The translations under genes were made by a program, and so were the position numbers. A stretch of 64,000 nucleotides of DNA, from assembly GCA_003635265.1 (NCBI GenBank), contig PYIZ01000041.1, forward strand, positions 2,465-66,464. The letters run 5' to 3'. Numbering within the stretch: position 1 is the first letter of the stretch; each line of letters begins with the position of its first letter. The notes beneath the pieces are model-generated. The model worked only from the letters and a program-made list of their open reading frames with translations. It did not search any database and had not been told where the DNA came from. Shown piece after piece: positions 10,469-19,666 of this stretch. Source of the DNA: Candidatus Poribacteria bacterium (GTDB lineage Bacteria; Poribacteria; WGA-4E; PCPOR2b).

Positions 10469-10924
10469 ATGCTGAATCTTGAAAATGATAAACAGGATGA
10501 AGAAATGCCGTCACTGAATCATAGCTATATCTGTCTTCAGATTCTCCGTCAGTTGCTTCAGAATGAGAGGGTTGAGCCCCTCCCGGAACTCACTCTCGAT
10601 ATTGCAAATGGACTCACGCCGGATATTTCAATTTTCCCCAAAGAGCAAATACACCCGAATTTTTTTCGTGATGTCTCTAAATTTCAACAGATGCCGGTCT
10701 TAGCAATTGAAGTTATTTCTTCAAGTCAGACTATTGAGGAATTGCTGGAAAAAGCAGCACAATTAATTCAAGCCGGGGTCAAGGCAGTCTGGACAATAGA
10801 GCCGCATAGCAGAAGTGTATTCGTGACGACTTCGTCAGAAGAAAAATTGTTCCATGACGGAATTGTTGAGAATGAGGAGATTCAAGTCGATTTTGCAAAG
10901 GTATTTGGTCAACGGGCATCGTAA
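10469..10924 (+). CDS. Uma2 (DUF820) family putative restriction endonuclease-fold protein
   Basis: PSLNH, PDISI, PVLAIEVISSS, GVKAVWTIEP. Confidence 0.85.
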   Translation: MLNLENDKQDEEMPSLNHSYICLQILRQLLQNERVEPLPELTLDIANGLTPDISIFPKEQIHPNFFRDVSKFQQMPVLAIEVISSSQTIEELLEKAAQLIQAGVKAVWTIEPHSRSVFVTTSSEEKLFHDGIVENEEIQVDFAKVFGQRAS

Positions 10925-10956
10925 CCTAAGAATTTTAGTGAGAGGACACAACTGTT

Positions 10957-11808
10957 ATGGATTTCGTTCAGCTCACCGAAACGCAACGTCGAGATTTTAA
11001 CGAAAATGGCTATCTGATTGTGCCTCAAGCCCTTGATGGGGCGACGGTCGATCGTCTAATCGAAGCCGGTGATCGATTGATGGAATCATTTGAATACGAA
11101 GATTACTACGCACATCGACGCCCCGGTCTCATCCAAGACGAAGATGCCTACGCATCACTCATTACGAATTCAAGCACGGTACCGCTCATCGTTCAACTGC
11201 TCGGTCCTAATATCCATATCACCAATACCGCGCTGATTTATAAGCACCCGCAAGCGCCCGAGACACCTGACGTCCGCAACTGGCACCGTGATGTCGGGGT
11301 CCACCTCGACCTTGGACATCAAAAACTGCCTCGTGTCGGACTGAAAATCGGTTACTGCTTGACAGACTTCACGGGACCCAATTCTGGTGCGACCATGTTC
11401 GTTCGCAAAAGTAACAACTTCAGCGAGCCGCTGCCCATTCCCAAGGGCAAAGTTGACCCGCTGGAGTATGACGAACCCATCCTGCGTGCCGGAGACGCAT
11501 ACCTATTTGAAAGTCGCATTTACCATGCCGCTGCCCTCAACTTTACCGATCAGGTTGCCAAGGTTGCGATCTACGGCTACCACTATTCTTGGGTCAAGCC
11601 AGACTACTACCTTCGACACTATAACGGCAGATTGCAGCCGGATGCAGCACTATTAGAAAAATTAGATGACGTTGGCAGGCAGCTTCTCGATGCGGGAGAG
11701 GGGACCGATGGCCGTTCCGCACCCAACGGCATCCAGTGGCCCCTCGTTGAATGGGCGGAACGACACGGTGTTATGCCAGAGCCACACACTCATGTCATTG
11801 AGGTTTGA
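10957..11808 (+). CDS. Phytanoyl-CoA dioxygenase (PhyH) family Fe(II)/2OG enzyme
   Basis: FNENGYLIV, WHRD, AGDAYLF..RIYH. Confidence 0.85.
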   Translation: MDFVQLTETQRRDFNENGYLIVPQALDGATVDRLIEAGDRLMESFEYEDYYAHRRPGLIQDEDAYASLITNSSTVPLIVQLLGPNIHITNTALIYKHPQAPETPDVRNWHRDVGVHLDLGHQKLPRVGLKIGYCLTDFTGPNSGATMFVRKSNNFSEPLPIPKGKVDPLEYDEPILRAGDAYLFESRIYHAAALNFTDQVAKVAIYGYHYSWVKPDYYLRHYNGRLQPDAALLEKLDDVGRQLLDAGEGTDGRSAPNGIQWPLVEWAERHGVMPEPHTHVIEV

Positions 11809-11858
11809 AAAAGTATTAAACTTCCCTATGGTCCTCCCAAAAGAAGTTGTCCGTCCTT

Positions 11859-12560
11859 ATGAACAAGGAAATTTACGTTCGTAAAATCTTCTCATCAATT
11901 GCGAAACGGTACGACTTCCTCAATTCCTTGTTAAGTTTGCGCCGTGACCGCGCATGGCGAAAATTCACGGTACAGATGAGTGAAGTGACGCAGGGGAGCA
12001 GAGTCCTCGATGTCTGTACTGGTACGGGTGAGCTTGCGCTTGCCTATGCCGACAAAATTGACAGCACCGCAGTGATTGGCACAGACTTCGTTTATGACAT
12101 GCTCGCCGTTGGCAAGGATAAGGTTGCAAAGCAGGGACGGACTAACGCTTTTATTCCAGTCGAAGCAGATACGCTTGAACTTCCATTTGCGAACAACACC
12201 TTTGATATCGTATCGGTTGGCTTTGGTATCCGCAACGTTGCCGATCTCCGGCTCGGCATCCGTGAAATGTGCCGAGTCGCTGCGACGAACGGTCGAGTCG
12301 CCATCCTTGAGTTCACGCAACCGACAACGCCTCTGTTTCGGCACATATACTACTTCTATTTCAAGGGACTTCTGCCGTGTATCGGAAATCTTATCTCAAA
12401 AAATAGGGATGACGCCTACGGTTATTTGCCGGATTCCGTCATGCAGTTTCCAGATTGCGAACAACTCAAGGCGATTATGGAGGAATGTGGCCTCACAGAT
12501 GTCCGATTTTACCGGAAGACGCTTGGCATTGTCGCTATCCATATTGGACGAAAGAAATGA
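11859..12560 (+). CDS. menG: Demethylmenaquinone methyltransferase (MenG/UbiE)
   Basis: FSSIAKRYDFLN, LDVCTGTG, FGIRNV, ILEF, AYGYLPDS. Confidence 0.9.
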   Translation: MNKEIYVRKIFSSIAKRYDFLNSLLSLRRDRAWRKFTVQMSEVTQGSRVLDVCTGTGELALAYADKIDSTAVIGTDFVYDMLAVGKDKVAKQGRTNAFIPVEADTLELPFANNTFDIVSVGFGIRNVADLRLGIREMCRVAATNGRVAILEFTQPTTPLFRHIYYFYFKGLLPCIGNLISKNRDDAYGYLPDSVMQFPDCEQLKAIMEECGLTDVRFYRKTLGIVAIHIGRKK

Positions 12561-13561
12561 CTCGGCTTTACTGGATTTGCCTAACTATCTTGATCGCGAT
12601 GGTGTTCGCTGGGTGTAGTGGTGACACCTCGACGATTAAAATTGGGGTCAGCATTCCAGAAACCACAGCCCCTGTTTATACCCTCATGAAGCAGGCGATG
12701 ATTGACGGCGAAAAAGATAACGGAGTCAAAATTCTGTGGAATGGGGTCCGAGATGCAGGGATCAAACAGAATCTAGCGACGTTAGAGACACAACAGATCC
12801 GCAGGATGCTTGACGAGGGGATTCGGGTCCTGATTCTCAAGCCTGTTGGTGGGCAAAACGTCTACTCCATCCTGAAGGAAGCGGAACGCAGGAACGTACC
12901 TGTTATCACGCTTGATCGGTTGTTAGTGAGTATAAACGTGCGAGGACATATCGCCGTCGATGAAACGGGGTTAGGGGAAGCGGCTGCCCAGTATGTGATC
13001 AAGAAGATCGGTTACAAAGGCAATGTGCTCGTATTGGACGAGTCCACGGGAGCAGAATCCTTTCGAAATATATCGTTGGGGATTTACCGTGCCTTAGATC
13101 GGCATTCCGATCAAATTCGAGTGCATTCCCGTACCTCTCCCCTTGATGCAGATGTTGCGTTGGATCTGACCGATCGTGTTCTGAAAAATTACGCGGGAAA
13201 TATTCAAGCGATCATTGCTGTAGATAGTACGCTAGCGGTCGGTGCAGTACGCGGTGTGCAGTTGCACGAACTTGCCGATCAGATTGTGACGGTTGGCGTG
13301 GGTGCGGGGGAGGAGGCATGTCGCCAGATTATGTTCAAGCAGCACGATGTCGAGGTGGACGCGATACCTTATCAGCGGGGGCAAGAGGTGTTGAAAGCGG
13401 CGCTCGATGCGCTGAACGATCGTCCTTTCTCCTTTGATGTTGAGTTATCCGATGGTCGAATTTTGACGAAAACGAAATTTAGTCCAATCCGTCTCATTAC
13501 ACCCGCCAACTATTCGGTGGTCGGACGGATGTGGCCCAATCTGTTTGAAGATAAAAAGTAG
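12557..13561 (+). CDS. Sugar ABC-type periplasmic binding lipoprotein (RbsB/XylF-like), no adjacent permease
   Basis: Lipobox FAG-C, IKIGVS, VPVITLDR; ATGA overlap with menG stop. Confidence 0.75.
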   Translation: MTRLYWICLTILIAMVFAGCSGDTSTIKIGVSIPETTAPVYTLMKQAMIDGEKDNGVKILWNGVRDAGIKQNLATLETQQIRRMLDEGIRVLILKPVGGQNVYSILKEAERRNVPVITLDRLLVSINVRGHIAVDETGLGEAAAQYVIKKIGYKGNVLVLDESTGAESFRNISLGIYRALDRHSDQIRVHSRTSPLDADVALDLTDRVLKNYAGNIQAIIAVDSTLAVGAVRGVQLHELADQIVTVGVGAGEEACRQIMFKQHDVEVDAIPYQRGQEVLKAALDALNDRPFSFDVELSDGRILTKTKFSPIRLITPANYSVVGRMWPNLFEDKK

Positions 13562-14101
13562 GTGATAGGGATGCGATATATTTCGTGTTTCTTAATTATA
13601 GGGTTACTTGTTTGCCCGTTGTTCGCTTCAAATCAAGAGCAGGCAGAAAAACCACCGCAGGTTGGCGAAGATGCACCTGATTTTACGTTACAAGATGCCG
13701 AAGATCAGGAGCACGCACTAAAGAAAATGCGAGGCAAGGTTGTCTTTTTAATAATGGGAAATCGAAAAATCCGGGAGGAAGATGACAAATGGGGGCACGC
13801 CTTTCAGCAAGATTATCAGGAGAACGATCAGGTCGTCGCATACATTATCGCTGATATGCGAAGTGTGCCTGCATTCGTGCCTAAAGGCTTCGTTAAAAGG
13901 CAACTCAAAAAAGATAAACCGCCGGTAACGTTGTTACTTGATTGGAAAGGCAAAGTGCATCAGGCGTATCGTACGGAGAAAGAAAAGCCAAATCTCTACA
14001 TTATTGACCCTGAAGGGAAGCTTGCCTTTCATATAAAATCTAATTTCGATAAGGAGACCTATCAGAAACTGAAAACAGTGATTGATGGGTTTAAGAATTA
14101 A
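13562..14101 (+). CDS. Exported redoxin/thioredoxin-fold protein without catalytic Cys
   Basis: Signal peptide, VGEDAPDFTL, RGKVV, LLLDWKG, PNLYIIDPEGK; no Cys in mature part. Confidence 0.7.
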   Translation: MIGMRYISCFLIIGLLVCPLFASNQEQAEKPPQVGEDAPDFTLQDAEDQEHALKKMRGKVVFLIMGNRKIREEDDKWGHAFQQDYQENDQVVAYIIADMRSVPAFVPKGFVKRQLKKDKPPVTLLLDWKGKVHQAYRTEKEKPNLYIIDPEGKLAFHIKSNFDKETYQKLKTVIDGFKN

Positions 14102-14143
14102 CCAATCAGTTTAACTTTTATTAAGGATGAGGAACAAATCAAT

Positions 14144-14671
14144 ATGAACAATATCTCTCCAGATAAACCTTTAGTCAGTATTGTTATGGGCAGTGATTCT
14201 GATTTGGGAAAGATGAGCGAAGCTGCCGAAGTCTTAGAAGAATTTGATATCCCTTTTGAAATAACGATTTCCTCTGCCCACCGTTCACCGGAGCGAACAA
14301 TGGACTATGCGCATGGTGCTGGTGACCGCGGTGTGCATGTCATCATCGCCGGTGCAGGACGCGCAGCCCATCTCGCTGGTGTCATCGCTGCCCACACTAC
14401 CCTGCCCGTTATCGGCGTTCCGATTGACGGTGGACCACTCAACGGTGTGGACGCACTTTATGCCACCGTACAGATGCCGCCCGGTATCCCTGTCGGGACG
14501 ATGGCGATTGGATCCGGTGGCGCGCGTAACGCGGGACTTTTCGCTATCCAGATACTGGCACTCAAATTTCCCGAACTCAGTGAGAAACTTGACGCCTACA
14601 AGGTCAAACTCAGCGACGGTGTGGCAGAGAAAGCGGCACGGTTAGACGAGGTTGGCTATAAAGACTATTGA
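14144..14671 (+). CDS. purE: N5-CAIR mutase
   Basis: IVMGSDSD, SAHRSP, IAGAGRAAHLAG, QMPPGIPV. Confidence 0.97.
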   Translation: MNNISPDKPLVSIVMGSDSDLGKMSEAAEVLEEFDIPFEITISSAHRSPERTMDYAHGAGDRGVHVIIAGAGRAAHLAGVIAAHTTLPVIGVPIDGGPLNGVDALYATVQMPPGIPVGTMAIGSGGARNAGLFAIQILALKFPELSEKLDAYKVKLSDGVAEKAARLDEVGYKDY

Positions 14672-15159
14672 TCATGACGCAAACCGTAGAGGCAAATTGC
14701 TCCGCAGATTTTTTGATAAGGGGCAGGAAGTCCGCCTTTAAGACGCATAGCCCTGAAGAAACGCAAGAAATTGGGGTAAGGATTGGGCGTCAACTTAACC
14801 CTGGCGATGTTGTCGCACTCATCGGTGACTTGGGAGTGGGGAAAACCTGTCTAACACAGGGCATCGCCCACGGTGCTGGCGTCTATCAAGACCAGACTGT
14901 CAATAGCCCTTCCTACATCCTCATCAACGAGTATGAGGGCAAGATCCCGATCTACCACATTGATCTCTATCGGCTTGAGCGGCTGGAAGATATTGTCGAT
15001 CTTGGGTTGGAGGAGTATTTGGAGGGGGATGGCATCTGCGTTATTGAATGGGCGGATCGGATGAGTGAATTGCTGCCTGAAAACCACATTCAGGTCAAGA
15101 TCACCGGAGAGGACGAGTTCACACGCGCAATCGAAGTGTTACCCGTCAGTGCCGATTAA
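14668..15159 (+). CDS. tsaE: tRNA t6A biosynthesis ATPase
   Basis: GDLGVGKT, SPSY, HIDLYRL, IEWA. Confidence 0.95.
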   Translation: MIMTQTVEANCSADFLIRGRKSAFKTHSPEETQEIGVRIGRQLNPGDVVALIGDLGVGKTCLTQGIAHGAGVYQDQTVNSPSYILINEYEGKIPIYHIDLYRLERLEDIVDLGLEEYLEGDGICVIEWADRMSELLPENHIQVKITGEDEFTRAIEVLPVSAD

Positions 15160-15184
15160 GGATAGCAACCCCTCCATAGAATGG

Positions 15185-16402
15185 GTGAAAGTTAGAACCG
15201 TGCAATCCAAGCGATACAATATCTTGTACCTTGATAGTGGATCCGGCATTGGTGGCGGTCAGCGCAGCTTGCTGTTGTTGCTAAAACATCTGGACGCGAC
15301 GCGATTTCGCTCGTTCGTCGGTTGCTTGGGTGATAGTATGCTCGCGGCGGCGGCACGGAAGGAGGGGCATCCAGTCATCCCACTTGATCTCCCGAAACAG
15401 CACGATAAGGGGGATAAGACTCGCCGTTTTACATTCGACGATATCACACGTGATTTACGACAGGTCAAGGTAATCCTTCAACTCTTGGGGGTACTACAAG
15501 AAAAGCAGATTGATCTCATCCATGCGAACTCGTTGGCTGCAGGTTTGATCGGTGGGGTTGCTGCTAAACTCTACGGTGTTCCAATCGTGATGCACAAGCG
15601 GTATGCCACCGCGTATGGCGTGTTGGATAGACTCTGTGAGGCGCTGCTGGATCGCGTGATTCTAGTTTCGGAAGCAACACGATGGACGTTTGCCCCTCAT
15701 TCGAAACAGGCGTTGATTTATAACGGTGTCGAGCTTTCCAAGCTTGAACCATCCTCGCAAGTTGAGCGTCAGCGAAATCCTGCCTGTCCCGATGAAATCG
15801 GGGATCCAATCGGGGTGGAAACCCTCCGAGCGGATCTCAACCTTGACCCTAATGCAGTGCTGGTTGGCATTGTAACGCGTATCACGCCGGAGAAGGGGAT
15901 TCATACTTTAATTGAAGCAACCGCCAAACTCAAGGCGTCGCCTGCTGTCCAATTGCTTGTTGTGGGAGGACCTTACTTTCCCAAAGATGCGGAATATATC
16001 AATTCTCTGAAGGTACAGGCGAAGAAATTGGGGATCGCAGATCGCGTTATCTTCACCGGCTTTCTGGAAGACACAGAAGCGATTTTATCTTTTCTCGACG
16101 TTGTGCTGCTCGCCTCGACCATCCCGGAAGCCTGTCCGCGTACCATCATCGAAGCGATGGCAGCCGGCGTGCCAGTGATTGCCACACCCCTTGGTGGGAG
16201 TAAAGAACTGGTAACGCCGGAGACGGGGATTCTCGTCCCTGCTGAGGATCCAGACGCCTTTGCTGAGGCAATTACGCAACTTGCCGAGGATGCCGAGCGG
16301 CGAAAGCAGATGGGAAAGGCTTGTCGTTTGAGAGCGGAACAACTGTTTTGCGCGACGCAGAACGCCCGCTTGACTGAAGATCTCTATTTGGATTTATTAT
16401 AA
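15185..16402 (+). CDS. Glycosyltransferase family 4
   Basis: GGGQRS, IHANS, IYNGV, RITPEKG, EACPRTIIEAMAAG; start uncertain (GTG 15185 or 15200). Confidence 0.9.
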   Translation: MKVRTVQSKRYNILYLDSGSGIGGGQRSLLLLLKHLDATRFRSFVGCLGDSMLAAAARKEGHPVIPLDLPKQHDKGDKTRRFTFDDITRDLRQVKVILQLLGVLQEKQIDLIHANSLAAGLIGGVAAKLYGVPIVMHKRYATAYGVLDRLCEALLDRVILVSEATRWTFAPHSKQALIYNGVELSKLEPSSQVERQRNPACPDEIGDPIGVETLRADLNLDPNAVLVGIVTRITPEKGIHTLIEATAKLKASPAVQLLVVGGPYFPKDAEYINSLKVQAKKLGIADRVIFTGFLEDTEAILSFLDVVLLASTIPEACPRTIIEAMAAGVPVIATPLGGSKELVTPETGILVPAEDPDAFAEAITQLAEDAERRKQMGKACRLRAEQLFCATQNARLTEDLYLDLL

Positions 16403-16459
16403 TTGGGAAACGCTTGGCTCTTCTTCCGATTTGGTTGGAGATGATGGTTCGATAGCGAA

Positions 16460-17881
16460 TCAGATACCAATCACCGTCAGATGGATTTCATCGCTCTGTG
16501 GATCTTCGTTCTGCGCTAGCCCAAAAATCACTTGGTCGGCGTCCGATGCTTCGTTTATCACACCCATCGCACTTCTTAACTCATCCGACTTCACATCAGA
16601 TCCCACCACAAAACGCACTAGAATATTCTTTGACCCTTTGATGGAACGCTTTTCCAACAGTGGGGAGGTGAGTGCTTGCTGGACGGCAATAGAAGCCCGA
16701 TTCTCTCCGGATGTACGAGCAACACTCATGAACATATCCCCTGAGTCAGAAAACGCAGTTTTAATATCGGCAAATTCAAGACTGATTTCCCCGACGTCCG
16801 CTTTGAGGGCAAGGATGCCATCAAGCACGTATCGACCCACATCGTCTAAAAAGCCGAAGGTCGGTTGCCGATGTAGAGTTTGATTCCGGTTTTCAATCAA
16901 CCGTTGATTCGGAATAATTGCCAGCGCGTCGGTATAATGCCGCATACGCTTGATACCCGTTTCGGCGTGAACTGCTCGTTGTTGTCCTTCAAACTCAAAT
17001 GGTCGTGTGACTGCACCGATTGTCAGGGCACCCGCCTGTTTGGCAAGGTTAGCGATGACAGGTGCCGCACCTGTACCCGTCCCACCGCCCATTGCCGTAA
17101 GGACAAAGACCAGATCTGCGCCTTCAACGATACGCTTAAGCGTTTCCTGATCTTCTTGTGCCGCGTTCTGACCTTTTTCAATATCGCCCTCTGTGCTGAT
17201 CTGACGTGTTGTGTTGACACCAATCTGTACCCTGTTGACTCCTTCGCACTTACTGAGTTCTTGAACGTCTGTGTCAACCGCATAAAACTCCACGCTGGGC
17301 TGTTCGACACCGATATGGCAAACAGCGGCACAGCCGCCGCTACCGACGCCGATAACTTTAACAACGGGAACCTTCTTAATTTCTGCCGGAGGTTGAGCGG
17401 TGCTGGTGTTAATTGAACGCGCTGGTGGAGCGGCTTCATTGACCGCTTGAGGTGGACTCGGTTGTTGGTCCCTCGCCGTTGTCAGGATGAGTTTCTGAAT
17501 CTCATCGGGATGACTCAGATAGACATGACCGATCAATGCCTCAAGTTCATTGGTCCGGTAAATCTGGACATCCTGCTCCTCACCTAAGCCAACATTTATC
17601 ATGCAGTATGGACATGCACCACGATGTTCGATGTAAAGCTGACCGAGCGTTTCGTGGATTCGCGCCACGAGATGTGGATGATAACCTTGCGTCGCTTCTA
17701 AACGCTGCATTGTTTTCAATTGCTCCTTTCGCTTAAGCTTTTGTAGCTCCTCTTTGATGATAGTTGCCATCGGCTTTCCTTCGCTTAAGGAGAAATCCTT
17801 TAACCAATTGTACAACTCCGCATCCATCCTTAAATCAAACTTGGGATATTTGTTTGTTCTTGTCATCGACTCAATCCTCAT
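16460..17881 (-). CDS. Divergent FtsZ paralogue fused to N-terminal RHH-like and putative Zn-binding domains; no C-terminal tail
   Basis: aa ~171-473 follow the FtsZ core (VKVIGVG, GGGTGTG, PFEFEG..R, FAD, SPLL); aa 10-55 [26 protein letters not shown] is RHH-like; C90xxC93..H119xxxxH124. Confidence 0.85.
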   Translation of the reverse strand: MRIESMTRTNKYPKFDLRMDAELYNWLKDFSLSEGKPMATIIKEELQKLKRKEQLKTMQRLEATQGYHPHLVARIHETLGQLYIEHRGACPYCMINVGLGEEQDVQIYRTNELEALIGHVYLSHPDEIQKLILTTARDQQPSPPQAVNEAAPPARSINTSTAQPPAEIKKVPVVKVIGVGSGGCAAVCHIGVEQPSVEFYAVDTDVQELSKCEGVNRVQIGVNTTRQISTEGDIEKGQNAAQEDQETLKRIVEGADLVFVLTAMGGGTGTGAAPVIANLAKQAGALTIGAVTRPFEFEGQQRAVHAETGIKRMRHYTDALAIIPNQRLIENRNQTLHRQPTFGFLDDVGRYVLDGILALKADVGEISLEFADIKTAFSDSGDMFMSVARTSGENRASIAVQQALTSPLLEKRSIKGSKNILVRFVVGSDVKSDELRSAMGVINEASDADQVIFGLAQNEDPQSDEIHLTVIGI

Positions 17882-17892
17882 GTCTTTCTCAT

Positions 17893-17944
17893 ATTGTCAG
17901 GACATAATTGATAATATAATAATATAATGTCCGGACAAATGCAA
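17893..17944 (-). promoter_or_regulatory. Promoter of the FtsZ-like gene overlapped by two TGTCnGGACA operator-like palindromes
   Basis: Minus strand TTGCAT-N17-TATTAT; TGTCCGGACA at 17928-17937 lies in the spacer, TGTCAGGACA at 17895-17904 lies downstream of the -10. Confidence 0.7.
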
Positions 17945-18097
17945 CAGAATTTTGATTCTTAAGACAGATTGACGATTGCTCGGAAAAAATAACAACGCAA
18001 CAATAGGGCTAATGCGAAGAAGCGATTGGTGATTTCCATGACGTACATTTCCAATTCCGTGTCCACAGATCCTAGTCCCAGATTTTTCATTTATTGC

Positions 18098-18126
18098 TTG
18101 TGAATTTTTATTCATTCTGCTATAAT
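18098..18126 (+). promoter_or_regulatory. Sigma70-type promoter of ABC operon
   Basis: TTGTGA-N17-TATAAT. Confidence 0.65.
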
Positions 18127-18194
18127 CGGTCGCCAAATCTTTCAAAGCATCAGTCGAATCAGGCTTTAAAAAACAGTTGAGAAAGGAAAAGACT

Positions 18195-19505
18195 ATGAAA
18201 AAACTTACGTGCTATTTTGTGATGTTGACACTTGCCCTACTAATCATTGCAATACCCTCAACGGACGCTCAAGAAAAATTAACGATTGCTTGGGCGCAAT
18301 GGGATCCTGCGAATTATCTTGATGAGTTGTCGAAGGACTTTACAGCAGAAACGGGAATTGAGGTTGATCTGGTTCAGATCTCTTGGTCCCATTTCCAAGA
18401 CCAAGTTTTCACCGCATTTGTCGGCAAAAGTGACCGATATGATATTGTTATCGGCGATAGCCAGTGGCTCGGCAGAAACTCTGTTGGCGGGCACTACATT
18501 GATTTGACGGACTGGATTAATGAAAACATTGATGTCGATTCGATTTACGCAACCGCTATGGAGGCGTTCGCTGAGTATCCGAAAGGAAGTGGGAAGTATT
18601 GGGCGCTCCCCGCAGAGGTAGATGCCAACGGTTTTCTCTATCGCACAGATCTCTTTGAGGCTGAAAACGAAAAAGCGGCTTTCAAAGAAAAATATGGCTA
18701 TGAACTTGCACCGCCCAAGACCTATGCAGAACTCCGTGATATTGCCGAGTTTTTCACGCGCCCTCCAGATCTCTACGGCGTTGCGCCTTGGTACAGCAAG
18801 GAGTATGATGGGATTACCATGGGCTTTCAACAGGTGATGTGGTCGTATGGTGGATCTTATGGTGACCCCGAAACCTATAAGGTTGATGGCCATATCAACA
18901 GCGATGATGTTGTCAAGGCTTTGGAGTATTACAAGTCGCTCAAGGCGTTTTCGCCGCCCGATTCGCCGAACTATTACTGGGCAGAAACGTTAGATGCGTA
19001 TAAGGCAGGAAAAGTTGCAATGGCGATGGACTATTTCGCCTTCTTCCCGGGGGTCGTCAGTTCGGATCAGAACCCCAATTACTACGATAAAACCGGCTTC
19101 TTCGTCTCACCTGCGGGTCCGAAGGGGCACGCCATCAGCATTGGTGGTCAAGGTATGTCAATCTCTGCCTACTCCAAAAACCAAGAGATTGCCAAGCAAT
19201 ATCTGAAATGGTTTATGCAGAAACCGGTACAGGAAAAATGGGCGCAGTTGGGTGGGTTCACACCGCATGAAGAGGTCCTCCAATCCGAAGTTTTCCTCAA
19301 TGCAACGCCGTTCAACAGAGCCTTTGCCGCCAGTTTTCCATACCTGCGCGACTTCTGGGCGGTTCCCGAATACGCAGAACTCTTGGCAGCGTGCCAGACG
19401 GGTTGGAACCAAGTGATTATCGGATCCAAATCTGCCAAAGAGGCGTTGGATGAGATTGCACGGAAGCATGAAGCCATTTTCGAAGATGCGGGTTACTACG
19501 ACTGA
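18195..19505 (+). CDS. Carbohydrate ABC transporter substrate-binding protein (CUT1)
   Basis: Signal peptide, DFTAETGIEV, LYRTDLF, PPKTY, GKVAM. Confidence 0.92.
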   Translation: MKKLTCYFVMLTLALLIIAIPSTDAQEKLTIAWAQWDPANYLDELSKDFTAETGIEVDLVQISWSHFQDQVFTAFVGKSDRYDIVIGDSQWLGRNSVGGHYIDLTDWINENIDVDSIYATAMEAFAEYPKGSGKYWALPAEVDANGFLYRTDLFEAENEKAAFKEKYGYELAPPKTYAELRDIAEFFTRPPDLYGVAPWYSKEYDGITMGFQQVMWSYGGSYGDPETYKVDGHINSDDVVKALEYYKSLKAFSPPDSPNYYWAETLDAYKAGKVAMAMDYFAFFPGVVSSDQNPNYYDKTGFFVSPAGPKGHAISIGGQGMSISAYSKNQEIAKQYLKWFMQKPVQEKWAQLGGFTPHEEVLQSEVFLNATPFNRAFAASFPYLRDFWAVPEYAELLAACQTGWNQVIIGSKSAKEALDEIARKHEAIFEDAGYYD

Positions 19506-19643
19506 TTGGTTCATTAGTTCGCTGGTTCATTGAGGCGCCTGTAGGTCGATTGCGGCAACTCGACATCCAAGGATCAAAGATGAAAATGTGGGAGAGGCAT
19601 CCCTGCCTCGATTCGTTGGTTTTCCCTCCTTTGTAGGGGGGAC
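19504..19643. repeat. Composite spacer: octamer repeats plus GTAG-headed REP-like palindromes
   Basis: ttggttca-like x3, gtaggtcgattgcggcaactcgac (19541-19564), gaggcatccctgcctc (cf. 44760), ccctcctttgtagggggg. Confidence 0.6.
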
Positions 19644-19666
19644 GCATCATTTTTACAGAGGAGGAA

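Noticed and set aside
10469-10924. Uma2 nuclease as part of a defence island
   Set aside because: Solitary gene with no methylase, toxin-antitoxin or other defence genes nearby
16460-17881. Calling the gene canonical ftsZ
   Set aside because: No C-terminal peptide, altered T3/T7 loops, 170-aa N-terminal extension and no dcw context, so the symbol was withheld
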